Assembly (NCBI RefSeq): GCF_030028105.1
Contig: NC_092380.1
Coordinates: 65,655,717-65,719,716, forward strand
Direction: 5' to 3'
DNA from: Mobula birostris
Taxonomy: Eukaryota
DNA length: 64,000 bases
Shown in pieces: positions 1 to 13,120 of this stretch. Within the stretch, counting starts at the first letter, position 1. Every line of letters starts with the position of its first letter. The notes under the pieces were generated by a model. It worked only from the letters and a program-made list of their open reading frames with translations. It was not told the origin of the DNA and did no database searches. The position numbers were made by a program, and so were the translations under genes.

Positions 1-554
1 TAATCATTTACGCTGTTTGATTCACTGGCCTTATTCCAGATTAGATTTTTTTTTTGGCTCAATTTTATTATAACTCCTAATGGTTCTGTATATTTTCCTA
101 TTTTTTAAAAAAATTCCTGTACATTATTTGCATGAAATAATTCTGTAAATAACCTTCTGAAAGGACAATTCTTCTGAGTATTTTGGACTGCTCCAAGATA
201 AGCACATTGATTCTAGGAGCCCTCAGTGAACAGGATAAGACATCTCCAGCATTGTGTAACCTGAGACATTAACTCGGCAACTGCTGTGCCAATATTTTAG
301 TGCACAAACACCACTGTCTGAATCCTAGAACAATGAGACACAGAGGTTTTGTAAAACTTTAATTTGAGTGTATTTTTAAATCCAATTATATCATTTGAAC
401 AAGGCATAATGTTATGTTTGGTTATTGAGAAACTAGATATGTCCCACGGTAAATAATACATGATGTAACTAAATTACTGCACTAAAGCAGTTTACCAATT
501 ATTCTAAAGATTTCCCTCTCTCTTTGTGTTGAAAAAAATCTGAATAAAAATATA

Positions 555-812
555 ATTTTATGATCGTATTCCAGGTGTTACTGGTTAATCTGTTCTGTAC
601 CTCACAATATTTAATATTAATGCACTTTAGTTTCTTATTTATGTGTGATTCACCTGTAGATTTTATCCTTACCTTCATATCTTATCGTGAGTGATGTGTG
701 TTACATGCTTTACACCCGGATTCCAAGACATTGTCTCGTTTTTATATACATTATATTATGCACATTATATACATATATGTAGTTAAACAACAATAAACTT
801 CACTTGCCTTGA
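555..812 (+). mobile_element. LINE 3' UTR remnant (Rex1/Babar-type)
   Basis: AT-rich 3' UTR ending AATAAACTTCACTTGCCTTGA, resembling the AATAAA plus short-repeat tails of the Rex1 copies elsewhere in the window. Confidence 0.4.
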
Positions 813-2814
813 GTTAACTGCTAATTTACAAAGCATACAGTAATACCCTGAATGTATTTTTATATTAAGTGCAGCTTCACCCTCTCTGGCAAGGGTTGTT
901 GATCAACTGAGATGCCAGATCTAGTGGAGCCAGATTAGTGGAATCAATGGTGGAAATCAGAAGGGTACTGATTCTCAATAACCAACCTGGGGCCAATGGA
1001 CCAACCAAGTGGAAGAAAAGAGAAAGGTGGGCACTCCAGAGTTATTTACAACCAATTACTTTGGAGCGCTTTTGCAGATGGTGACAGAGAAGTACCTTAT
1101 GGTACACTCTTGGAATGCAGTGAGGAAAACAGAAATAATATCTCCCCAATATTAAAAAGGGAGATATAAAAATGCAAACACCCACTGCCTAGAAATTAAA
1201 ATTATAATAAAATTATCGGTAACACACTCAAAATGCCGGAGAAACTTTGCAAGTCAGGTGGAATCTGGAGAGGAATAAACAATTTCTGTAAGACCATCAA
1301 TTTTACTTTCCCTGACTTCTCTATATTGATTTATAAATGCTGCTGTTATGCAGTCAGGGAGCTCTGACAATACTGTAACCGCAGCACTGCTCAAGATATG
1401 CTGTGTTCAGTAGCTTCAGTAGTCTTTGCAACATTGGCTCTATAGGCTACTCCGCAGGTTGGGGACCCTATTACTCAACAATGGACTATTTGATGCTTCC
1501 TAGACCCAATGCAACCCTCCTCCCCAACTTTCCTATCTATCTCTCTTTCCCTTTCCACTTCCTGCCCATTTCCCCTGCTTTTTGTTATTTTCATGCCAGT
1601 CTATGCCTCCAACACCTAAATGGCAGAAAATAGCAAAGAATTAAAGTGAAATTGTACCACTTAAAGAATGATCGTTTTTATTGATATACATCTGACGGCT
1701 TTAGGACAAACCCAAGCAGATTTGAAGCTGTCTTCAAGCAAGCAAAACTATTTTCAGTGCATGCATTAAACAATTAGGCAGGACTGAAGATCTAGAGTAG
1801 CTGACCAGACTGCTTAAGAATACACAGTAAAAAAAAAGTGCTCACAGCCTTTTGCTACCTCCATAAAAAAAATTGCTGTGACAAAGAGATACATTTAAAT
1901 TAATTATCCATTAATATCAATTACCGTACCCGAATAATAGGTGAAAAAATAAGTGATGAACAAACACTCCATTAACAAACTACATATTTTCTGTAATTTT
2001 CAACATTCAAACTTAAGACAATTAAATTTTCAGTGTTAGTTTTAAATAGCATTAATTATTTACATCTTGGACTTGACATTTTTTGTCTCTTGACTCAGAA
2101 TCCAGCATTTACTGCTGTATTAATTTTAGTTGTGGCTTTCTTGGGTACAAGTAACCTTTAATTTGAATTGAGTATTCTAAGACAGATCAAAGATAATCCT
2201 CTTTGGCATCTTAAAATATGCCAATAAATGGCAAATTGCCAATTCAAAACTCCACAGTTAAATGATAAGAGAAAAAAATAAATATTTTAGTCAGGCTCTT
2301 TGAAAACTATTTCTCAGAATATTCACTGATTTATTGTAGTTCAATCCTGTATCATGATTGATCATTTATTACTGAAAATAAGCAAGTGCAATCATGGCAT
2401 AGAGCTGCATCATTACACACTGTTTAAACTGATTGTCCAAAAGAAGCAACAGCCCAGAGAAAATTAATGACTGCAAATAAATCAGCAAGCCCTCTGTTAA
2501 TGGAAAACTGCAATAACTTTGATGCTGGTGACCAATGGTCTAGGAACTCATAGGTTATTCCTCAAACTCACTCTCTGCTCTTCTGTAATATTGCCTTTAA
2601 TTATTCCTATCAAATTGTCTGCCAGGTTCAAAATTATCAACAAGTGGCATAAAGAAAAACATCGCACTTTTCAATCTGTGGCTATATTGACAACAATTTG
2701 AAACTGACAGTAAGTAGTATTTTCAACCATAGGGACTGTACATGCAGAATAAATTGACTCTAGGATGAACAACAGCAGCTCAATAAATGACTTCAACAAT
2801 ACCCAACCCACATC

Positions 2815-3119
2815 TGTCAGCAATATAAAGGAGGCTTGACCCAAAAGCAGAGCAGCAGAGACAATTTAGCAGTAAATGGAACTCTACTAATATCTGCAAA
2901 ATAATAAGACACAAGGGGCCACACAACAAGACTGAGCAGGTACTAAGCACAGCCACCAACACCACAGTGAAGGTCAGGAGCAACTGGTTGAGGCTGGCTG
3001 GTTCAATGGATGAACAAGGACTGTGGATGTGAGCTGGCTTTAAATAGGCTGCAGAGGTGAGTTGGAAATGAGTGGCAGGTGACTCCTGTTAGCTGGGTGG
3101 AGACTGGATAAGCCTGACA
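2815..3119 (-). mobile_element. Solo LTR, Gypsy-like (305 bp)
   Basis: Inverted termini TGTCAG...CTGACA; flanks ACATC/ACACC form a 5-bp TSD with one mismatch; TATTTAAA TATA-like box on the minus strand. Confidence 0.7.
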
Positions 3120-4769
3120 ACACCTCATCACAACAGTCCTCTAACCTGTAACAGGGACAAAAGGAGAAATGGTATGGAGGCACCACCACATTCAGTTTTA
3201 TCCCATGTTAGTGCATTCTATCCACTACTATTATTTGACCAGTAGCTTGTAATGTGCTAATGTTAATATAGGAACACAATTAGCATAAAAATGAAGCTTG
3301 GCACCATCATCTCCTGAGGCCACTTGAGATGCTAAAGATTAGAAATGTCCGGTATCGCCCACATTTTAAAAGACAATACTCACATCAAAGGAATCCAGTG
3401 AAATCAACTGTCAGTGGGGTTTGGTGGAGATTAAAGAAATCAGTCTTTACTGTGTTTTTAAGATCTATGATCACCTCCTGAAGCCTAGCAGCTGAAGAGC
3501 AGCAACCTCCTTTAACATATAGTGGAGGTAATTATCTGAAATCCAGCCCATGTTTTAGCCTTCACTGCACATGATAGTTCTTCTGAGAATCAACTCAAGC
3601 TTGTTCCCTGTTGAATACAAATTACTTTGTTTTGCTTATAGCTGAAGCAGAACTGCTGTTACATTCTTGTTATCTAGGTCATCCTAGTGTCCCAAACTCA
3701 ATGTATAATCTTCACATTAGTACATACAGAAAGGTCTCAGGATCATTTTGAACCAACAGTTCAACAAATCCTTATTTTTTTACACATATCAAACACCACT
3801 CCAATGCTGCTGAAAAAGATGTCCGAGATTCACTCCTAAGAAAACTATTTGGATTCAGATTCCAAGATCTTGCATGTTCAGAAGTCTGCAGCTAGTTCAG
3901 CTTCCACCTGCAGGAATTAGCCTTTAACATTTAGTTTGATTTCATCTCACCTTAAAATTCTTTAGGCAACTTTACAGATATATTTTTGCTTATCTGCTTT
4001 TTCCTTTTCTTTATTCAGCATAAAACTTGTTCACATTAAGCCCTGCATAATGAGACACCAATATCTCATTCATGATATTTAATACATGCACGTATTTTAA
4101 AATAGGCATTTTATTTAGCACAAGGGAGATGGATCCCACCAGGGAGTAAAAATACAACATTGCAGCATTGGAAGATCCAATCTATTTATCCCTTCTCTTT
4201 TGTAAATGAATCTTATTTATGTGGAAGATTACAAGTCCAAATGCTTTAGATTTTGAAAAACTGTGGAACGAAGGTGTGGTATTATGTCGTATTAAGATTT
4301 TGGCTAAAATGTATAGAACAGTAGAAATTTATTCAAACAGATGAACAATTATAGCATGGGAGGGTTCACTATTTTTGGAGAACCATCTGTTCTGCTTGGG
4401 ATAGAAAAATTCGATCTGACTCTTTTCTTTAATTGGATACTATTCCTATTATTCCGAAGTATTTCCATGTTAACATCTTAAGTGCTGTTTTCATTAAAAC
4501 ATAATCAAAAATTATACAGTGTGCTAAGGAAGAGAGGAAATGCTATGGGGACAACCTGGTCAATAATATGTGTTGTCAAGGAAGCAAATGAAGGACCTGT
4601 AAGAATGGAGTCTGTACTGGCCATGATAAATTTGCACTCACATCCCAACTTTGATCTAAAAATAGCAAGGTATATTCATGGAAAATGACTGGTGATGGCA
4701 AGGTTGAGTGGAAGAGTTTGAGGAGCTTTTCAAGAGATAAAAGGGAAATTTAGGAAAGGATTTAGAGTT

Positions 4770-6341
4770 ATCAGGTCATAGGGCACTACAATACAGAAAG
4801 GAGCCATTTGACACATCTAGTCCGTGCTGGCCTGGTCTTCTGCCTATTCCCACCTACCAGCACCTGGAGCATAGCCCTCCATACCTCTTTCATCCATGTA
4901 CCTATCCAAACTTCTCTTAAGTGTTCCAACTGAACCCGCATGTACCACTTTTTCTAGCAACTCATTCCCTACTATTTCTGAACTTAACCCTCAGATTCAC
5001 TTTAAATATTTCACCTTTCATCCTTAATCTATGACCTCTAATTCTACTCTCACCCAACCTGAAAGGGAAAGGACTGCAAGCATTCACTCTATCTATACCC
5101 CTCATAATTTTATATATCTTGAAAGATTACCCCTCAAATGCTTCAAATGGCTTAAATGGTTCAATTTAATATCGGAGAATGTATACAGTATATAACCTGA
5201 AATTCTTACTCTTCACAGACATCCACAAAACAAGACCCTCATAGAATGAATGTTAAAAACCTCAGAACTCCAAAGCCTCCCTCCCATGCACAAGCTATTC
5301 AACCTTTCCCTATAACTCATGTCCTTAAGTCCGAGCAACGTCCTTGCAATTTTCATTGGTTACAACTTCACTAATGTCTTATACAACTTTGACAAACATT
5401 CCAACTGCTGTAAAATGCTGTTGAAACGCAGCAGGTCAGGCAGCATCTAGGAAAAGAGTACAGTTGAGGTTTTGGCCCGAAACGTCGACTGTGCTCTTTT
5501 CCTAGATGATACCTGGCCTGATAAGTTTCTTCAGCATTTTGTGTGTGTTGCTCGGATTTCCAGCATCTGCAGATTTTATCTTGTTTATGATTGGATCCCA
5601 ACCGCAGTACTCAATGCCCTGATTTATCAGGTCCAATGAGCTAAAAGCTCTCTTTACAACCCTAACTACCAATGATGCTACTTTCAAGGAGTTATGGAAT
5701 TTACCAAGTATTTCTGGGTCCCTTTTTTCTACTGCATACCTCAGTGCCCTACCATTCACAGTGTAAGTCTTATCTTGCTTTGTCCTCACAAGGTGCAGCA
5801 TCTCACACCTATGTTCATTAAATTCTATCTACTCGTTTTACACCCCAACTTCTCAGCTGGCCCAGATCATGTCGCAAGCTTTGATGGTCTTCCTCGCTGT
5901 CCACTGTGCCCCCAACCTTGGTGTCATCTGCAAATTTGCTGATCCAGTTCACCAGATTATCGTCTAAATCATGAATCTATATAATAAGCAACAATGAACC
6001 CAGCATTGACCTCTGCAGCACAGCACTAGTCACTGACGTCTAATCAGTGAGACAAATATCTACTACCACTCTCTGTCTTCTCCTGCTGAGCCAATGTTGA
6101 ATCCAATTGACTACTTCATCCTGAATGCCAAGCAACTTAACCTTCTGGACCAGCCTCCAAGCAGAACATTGCCAAAGACTTTGCTAAAGTCCATGTAGAC
6201 AATATCCATCACTTTTTCTTTCATCAACCTTCATGGTAACCTCTATAAGATTAAAAAAAACTCTATAAGATTAGTTAGACATGATGTGCAACACATTAAG
6301 CTGTACTGACTATTCCAAACTAGTCACTGTCTATCCAGATA
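4770..6341 (-). mobile_element. CR1 LINE, 3' half of ORF2 (RT) plus 3' UTR, degenerate
   Basis: Minus-strand translation gives YLDRQ*LVWNSQYS (SQHGF region), KFADDTK and HNSLKVAS.V.RVVKRAF (ORF 5502..5801), homologous to the CR1 at 18970-20956. Interrupted by small insertions near 5130-5290 and 5412-5585. Confidence 0.9.
5412..5585. mobile_element. Palindromic Penelope-derived terminal-repeat remnant
   Basis: Inverted arms CAGGCAGCATCTAGGAAAAGAGTACAGTTGA / TCGACTGTGCTCTTTTCCTAGATGATACCTG match the 3' ends of the Penelope copies near 12400 and 60850; inserted in CR1. Confidence 0.75.
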
Positions 6342-7410
6342 GAACACATATGCAGGCAGATTAAGGAAAGGTGCAAAAACAATAGGGTTGTTGCCATGGG
6401 GGACTTTGGTTTCCCTAATATAAACTGGGACTTCCTGAGTGCAAGAGATTTAGATGGAGCAGAATTTGTTATATGCATCCAGGAGTGTTTCTTAAATCAA
6501 TATAGATAGTCCAACAAGAAAAGGGGCTATACTGGACCTCATGTTGGGTAATGAGCCTGGCCCGGTAACTGACTTTCCATTGGGTGAGGAGTTAGGGAAC
6601 AGTGACCACAATTTCTGAAGTTTTAGGTAGCTATAGATATGGTTAAGTATGGACCTTGAGGGAGAGTTTTAAATTGGAGCAGGGCAAATTATGAGTGCGT
6701 TAGGCAGGAACTAGGTAAAGTTAATTGGGAACCCTCCACATGCCAAATATAAAGACCAGCTGCACAGGATACAGAACACGTATGTTCCAGTAAGAAGGAA
6801 GGACAGGGATGGCAAAGTAAGAGAACTTTGGATATCAACAGAGGTGATGAATTTAGTCAAGAAAAAAAAGGAAAGTATGTAAAGTTCAGGAATCCAGAAT
6901 CAAACAGAGAGGCTGAAGATTATAAAGCTGCCAAGAAAGAACTCAAGAAGGGAATTAGAAAAGACTGGAGGGGCTGTGAAAAGTCTTTGGCAAGTAGGAT
7001 TAAAGAGAATCCTAAGGCATTCTACACGTACATCAAGAACAAGAAAATAACTAGGGAAAGGGTAGGACCACTCAAGAATAAAGGGGAGAATACTTGCTTG
7101 AATGTAGAGGATGTGAGTGAGGTTCTTAATGAGTACTTTACATCAGTATTTGCCTTGGAGAAGGATGTGGAGGACGAGGAGATCAGTGCTGAGTGAACTG
7201 ATATGCTAGAGCATTTTGAGGTAAAGGAAGAGGTAGAGTTGGGTTTCTTAAAGAGCATTAAGGTGGATAAGTCCCTAGGACCTGATGAGATATACCTCAG
7301 GTAATTGAGAGAGGCAAGGGAACAGATTGCTAGAGCCTAGACCAATATCTTTATGTCCTCTCTAGCCACAGGTGGTCCTGGAGGAATGGTGAGTAGCTAA
7401 TGTTGTTCGA
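6342..7410 (+). mobile_element. CR1 LINE ORF2 fragment (endonuclease end and linker)
   Basis: Translates VVAMGDFGFPNINWD, then IKENPKAFYTYIKNK and VLNEYFTSVF (ORF 6828..7196), ending at PEEW*VANVV. Confidence 0.9.
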
Positions 7411-7839
7411 TTAGTTTAGTTCAGTTTAGCTTAGAGTTTTATTGTCATTGCTGAGGAAGAAGAGTTTGCAGTGCTGCTCCGTTCAGTGCAAAACTGTATA
7501 CTGGCAATTCAATTACTGTAAGTGCAATAACTGCATTAAAAATAAAATCTGAGTTATTTAGAATGACATCAAAGTTACAATTGAATTAAAAACAAACAAC
7601 TTTGAAACAGTGGCTGTCCCATTCAAGTATTGCACATGCCCATGCTATACAATACAATGGTTAAAATATAAATACAAAATAGCAACAAGAATTAAAGCTG
7701 CAATTTAAAAAGAGCAAAGAGATTTGAAATCAAAGGAAGGTAACTGTTCCATTTAAATCCAAATGTTGCTCATGCCCAAGTATTGCACTTAGAGATTACC
7801 CATAGTGCTTGTGTACTGTGGGGGTTGGGGGGCATACAA

Positions 7840-8340
7840 AATTAAAAGAGGTTGTAATTGAACTTTACAAGTTGCTGGTTAGACCTTAGATGGAGCATTG
7901 TGGATAAATCAGTGTATTATATTTCAGAAGATTTAGAAGTCTCAAAACGGTGCAGAGGTTATTTACTGTGTTAAAATGGGAGAAATCATGTAAGTATGCT
8001 GGAAAATATACAGCTCTTTCATTATAAGGGGAGACTTAATGGACTGAGTGGCTTTAATGGACAAAATAAGCCTCTGCTGAATCATTTAAAATAAAAGATA
8101 AGACATATAAAAGCAATGTTAAAGAGGAAAGATGTAAGATGTTTCCATTATCCCTCGGGGAGCTGCTGGGATATAAAATAATCCCTCTAAGCAGACAGTG
8201 AAAGCTGATTCCATAATTAATTTTAAGAAGATAGACAGGTACTTGAAGATGAGGAATTTGGTGCAGACCAAAGTGAGCACTTCGGACTAAACACAAATGT
8301 TTCTTCAAAGATTCAGTTCAGACAGCAACTCAAACAGGTT
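7840..8340 (+). mobile_element. Old CR1 3' fragment
   Basis: LYKLLVRP*MEHC-like motif (CR1 LY..LVRPHLEYC) followed by decayed 3' sequence. Confidence 0.5.
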
Positions 8341-9049
8341 CCTTCTGCTAAAATACCATCACAAATTGTTTAAAGATAATTAATATTGGCCTATTTCAGT
8401 GGATACATTTTTATTAGCTCAATATAAAACTTCTGGTATTTAAGTCTAGAGAGGAAATGAAGGTAATTTCTGAAGGTAACATATTTCTTGCTGGAGTAAA
8501 GTAGACCTAGTAATTAGTTCACCTTTTAGGTTGGGGTAAAATGCATATGAGGTAAATGGGTGCAAGAAAGTGAAAAAGGAGAAATTTGTCTTTATAAGTA
8601 AGGTCTCAAGAAATGTGAATAAGAATATGTTCTACCATTCTATCAGAAAATAGGTGTTCTGCACTCTTTCAGTTTAAAATTTTAATTGACAAGCTACGAT
8701 GGCATTTTTTTTAATGGAAAGGGGATCATTATGCAAGTCATAGAATCATAGAACTTTACATCATATAAGTGAACCCTATCGGCCACTGAGTTCATGCAAA
8801 AACATTCAACAATCAACAGTACACTACTCTCTGCACATTCCAGTCAGCTCCTCCAGATTCCAACACCCAGCCACACCTAGTGACCAGTTAACCTACCAAC
8901 CAACAGTTTGAGGAAACTTGAGGAAACTTGAGCAACTAGAGGAAACTTTGTGATCATGGGGAGAACATGCAAACATCATACAAACAGTACAAGAGCCCAG
9001 GAGGAAGAAGCTGGAGGTCCATAAGTTAGACTTCATGAGGGGATTGGAT

Positions 9050-9786
9050 GAGGAGAAGGTTAGCTTTATCCTCAGCTTTATTATATCAGCAGCACACGAG
9101 TGCCATCATAAAGAAGGCATGACAGTGCTTTCGTTTTCCTGGAAACTTGCATAAACTTGGTATGTCATCTAAAACATTGACCAACTTCTATAGATGCACA
9201 GTGGAGAGTTTCCTAAGTGTTGTATCACAGTCTTCCTTGGAAACACCAGTGCTCAGAAATGGAAAAGTCTACAGGAAGCAATGGATAGAGCCCAGTCCAT
9301 CACAGGTAAAATCCTCCCTATCATTTAGCACATTTACAACAAGCACTGCCACAAGAAAGAAACATCCATCATCATGGACTGCCCCCTCCCCCCCCCAAAC
9401 ACAGTATTCAGGCCATGCTCTCTCCTCACTACTGCCATCATGCAGGAGGTACAGGAGCCTTGGACCCCACACCACCTCATTCTAGAACAGCTATTATCCT
9501 ACAACATCAGGCACATGAACTGGCTTCACTCAGCTCAAATCTGAACTGATTCTCAACCTATATACTCATTTTCAAGGACTCTGCAACTCATATTCCCAAT
9601 CTTATTTATTCTGATGTGCTCAATTTGTCTTTTTCTGCACATTAGCTGTTTATCAGTCTTTGTTTACTGTTTTCATAAATCCTATTGTATTTCTTTATTT
9701 TCCTGTAAATGCCTGCAAGGGAATGAATCTCAATGTAGTATATGATGACAACATGTACTTTGATAATAAATTTACTTTGACTTTGA
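9050..9786 (+). mobile_element. Rex1/Babar LINE 3' fragment
   Basis: ORF 9147..9485 has KLGMSSKTLTNFYRCTVES and HALSSLLPSCRRYRS; tail AATAAATTTACTTTGACTTTGA. Confidence 0.85.
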
Positions 9787-11672
9787 TCTGGGTAACTGGT
9801 GCCGTAGTGCAAAAAGAGAGCAAAAAAAGAAGAGAAAGAAATAGTGAAGTAGTGTACATGGTTCGCTGTCCATTCAGAAAACTGATTGTGGTGGGTACTT
9901 GCTTGCTGTTGCTATTAAAATCGGATGACTGAAAGTGGTGGATTCGATTCTCAAGATTGCAGATACTAGGCTATGATGACACAAAGATGCTGTTTTCTTC
10001 AGCTGATAATCCATGTTCACAGACAACTGGATGAAACTGGCCAGATCAGAAAATAAACCTGTCTTTGCCATATCTGTTTCACAAGTGGCCATAACAGAGC
10101 TTTACCATCTGCTACAAACAGATCTGCAGATAATGCCTTGAATGTGATTCTTTTTGTAAAAAGCGAAAGTAATCTCAGAATTAAGTTTCAAAGACTTTGC
10201 AAAGGTCAGCTCGTGTTTATCAGGCTGATCACAAGCTTACTCAGAGAAACTTGCAACGTTGGGCACCAGTACCAATAATATGTGATCTACCTGATGTAGT
10301 CAGCTTTGGCACATTTGGTTACTTTTAGTTTAATGGCTGATACTTGAAGTTATTATTTGTCACAAAACACGTATCTTAACCATTTGTTTACAGGGCATTT
10401 TCCTGGCAGAAACATCAGTTCAATCATGCTTTAATCAAATCACAACTCGAGACCAGGGCATCTCACATGATGTCTAAAGTGGAATTAGCTCCTGCAATAG
10501 CTCTGGATTTTATGACCAAATGCAGAATTAACAATCTTTTAGTGTTGTTGGACTTCAGGAAGATCATTACAGATATGGGTCATCACTCTCTAAAATAAAT
10601 CATTATATCCTTCTTATATGTTGGCTGGGTAATCTTATGGAATGCAACATATTATTCTCAATGTTTGCATTTCCATCTCAAATTCTTGTACAAATCTACA
10701 AGTTTTGCTGATGGCAATGCTGACTTTCTTCTCTGCACTTCCATTATCACATTGAAAATAACTCAATTGGCTCATAGAAAATGGATTCTGAAGAATATAA
10801 CTGAAAGTATAGGTTAAGGCTAATGTTACTTTCCAATATTGCATGACTGCTTACTTCTTAGATTAGCCTATTTAATTTTTATTTTCTTTGCAGTTTAACA
10901 ATTAATTATCTGCTTGTATTGTAAGTAGTTCATATATATATTTCACAATTTAATATGCCTCTCGAGGTTATATAAAGTATAATTTTGGATAGCTCTAGAA
11001 GCTTTTTTTGTACTGCATTATTTGAATAAAGACTTTTTAATTGGTTAACTCTTAACTATAAATTTGAATGGGATTTTCCTTATCTGTATGTATAAAAATA
11101 GTTCTTCCACGCTAGGCACCATCTTGGTTCCTTTGTCTCTCTCTTTTCTCAGTAGACCTCTATCACTGTCTGTTCATCTTTCCTTTGTTTTATCAAATCT
11201 TAACAAAACACCATGAAGTTTTTGCTGTCCTGAGTCCTGGAAGAACCTTGGATAGAAAACATCAGTATCAATACCATACTGACTCTAAGTTGCTTGTTAC
11301 TTTAGCTTTGCCGTGATATGGTACTCGACTTGCTAACTAATTTTTGAGAAGTTCCCTATCCTGAGGGGCACATTGTGTTACATGCATACATCCACTCTGT
11401 GTGCTACATTCATGCAAACAACTTAAACTCTTGTTTTCAAAGGAGGGGCTAATCCTAACTACTGTGGCAAGTGTATCTATAACATGAGTGAATACATCCC
11501 TAGCTTTACTGGGCATGCAGTTTTATTTACAAGTTTATATCTGATTTAATGTATACAGTATCAAAAAAATAAATTGGACTACGTTTAACTTAAAAACAAA
11601 CACATGCTGGGAGGGCTGCAAGCAATACTCAAGTTACCAGCTGGCATGACTTTTCAGTATTTAAAACATGCG

Positions 11673-12452
11673 GAACAAGTGCTACACATGCCCTTACACT
11701 TCCTCCCTTACCACCATTCAGGGCCCCAAACAGTCCTTCCAGGTGAGGCGACACTTCGCCTGTGAGTCGGCTGGGGTGATATACTGCGTCCGGTGCTCCC
11801 GATGTGGTCTTCTATATATTGGCGAGACCTGACGCAGACTGGGAGACCGCTTTGCTGAACACCTACGCTCTGTCCGCCAGAGAAAGCAGGATCTCCCAGT
11901 GGCCACACATTTTAATTCCACATCCCATTCCCATTCTGACATGTCTATCCACGGCCTCCTCTACTGTAAAGGTGAAGCCACACTCAGGTTGGAGGAACAA
12001 CACCTTATATTCCGTCTGGGTAGCCTCCAACCTGATGGCATGAACATTGACTTCTCTAACTTCCGCTAATGCTTCACCTCCCCCTCGTATCCCATCTGTT
12101 AATTATTTTTATACACACATTCTTTCTCTCACTCTCCTTTTTCTCCCTCTGTCCCTCTGACTATACCCCTTGCCCATCCTCTGGGTTCCCCCCCCCTTGT
12201 CTTTCTCCCCAGATCTCCTGTCCCATGATCCTCTCGTATACTCTTTGCCAATCACCTGTCCAGCTCTTGGCTCCATCCCTCCCCCTCCTGTCTTCTCCTA
12301 TCATTTTGGATCTCCCCCTCCCCCTCCCACTTTCAAATCTCTTACTAACTCTTCCTTCAGTTAGTCCTGACGAAGGGTCTCGGCCTGAAATGTCGACTGT
12401 ACCTCTTCCTAGAGATGCTGCCTGGCCTGCTGCATTCACCAGCAACTTTGAT
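11673..12452 (+). mobile_element. Penelope-like element, GIY-YIG endonuclease and 3' terminal repeat
   Basis: Translates KCYTCPY...GVIYCVRCSRCGLLYIGET*RRLGDRFAEH...HFN...LRLEEQHLIFRLGSLQPDGMN, then a pyrimidine-rich 3' UTR and a hammerhead-containing end. Confidence 0.9.
12363..12398 (+). ncRNA. Minimal type I hammerhead ribozyme (Penelope terminal repeat), two CpG-decay changes
   Basis: AGTC-CTGACGA-AGGGTCTCGGCCT-GAAA-TG-TC-GACT; core boxes intact and stem I AGTC/GACT. Confidence 0.6.
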
Positions 12453-12769
12453 GGATGTCGTTTTACATTTTCATTAACAAAATCTTTCCACAGCGTTAGT
12501 GCTGTTAGCTACTGACTGACTAAATGAATGCAGAATCATTTACTAACATGCCAACAACCCCACTGACCATCAATTTTCATTCATATTATTTTTGTTGCAC
12601 TAATGATACTGTTCATAAAACAGTGTCTTTGCCTGAAAATAATTTATTAACTATCAATGACAAGGACCTCGCATCAGCATTGACTGGCTGATAAGGAACA
12701 GAATGGATTTTCTTAACTGTATATCTGCTGAACTATAACTTGGGTTTGTTGCTTTTATGGAATTAGTCT

Positions 12770-13120
12770 TCGAACAGTTATTACCCTTCAACCATCAGGC
12801 TCATGAACCAAAGGGGATAACTTCACTCATTCCAGCAATGAACCCACGGACTCACTTCCAAGAACTCTTCATGTCATGTCTCGATATTTATTGCTTATTT
12901 ATTTATTTTATTTATTTATTATTAATTTTTTTCTCTTTTTGTATTTGTAAAATGTGTTGTCTTTTGCACATTGATTGTTTGTCTGTCTCGTTGGGTGCAT
13001 TTTTTAATGATTCTATTGTATTCTTTGTATTTACTGCAAATGCCTGTAAGAAAATGAATCTCAAGGTAGTATATGGTGACATATATGTTCTTTGATAATA
13101 AATTTAATATAAACTTTGAT
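12770..13120 (+). mobile_element. Rex1-type LINE 3' UTR
   Basis: Homologous to the 9480-9786 tail (AAATGCCTG.AAG.AAATGAATCTCAA.GTAGTATATG...TTTGATAATAAATTT). Confidence 0.65.

Noticed and set aside
6241-6273. 13-bp direct repeat around an A run, as a possible micro-retroinsertion
   Set aside because: The A run is probably native CR1 sequence, so local duplication is the simpler explanation.
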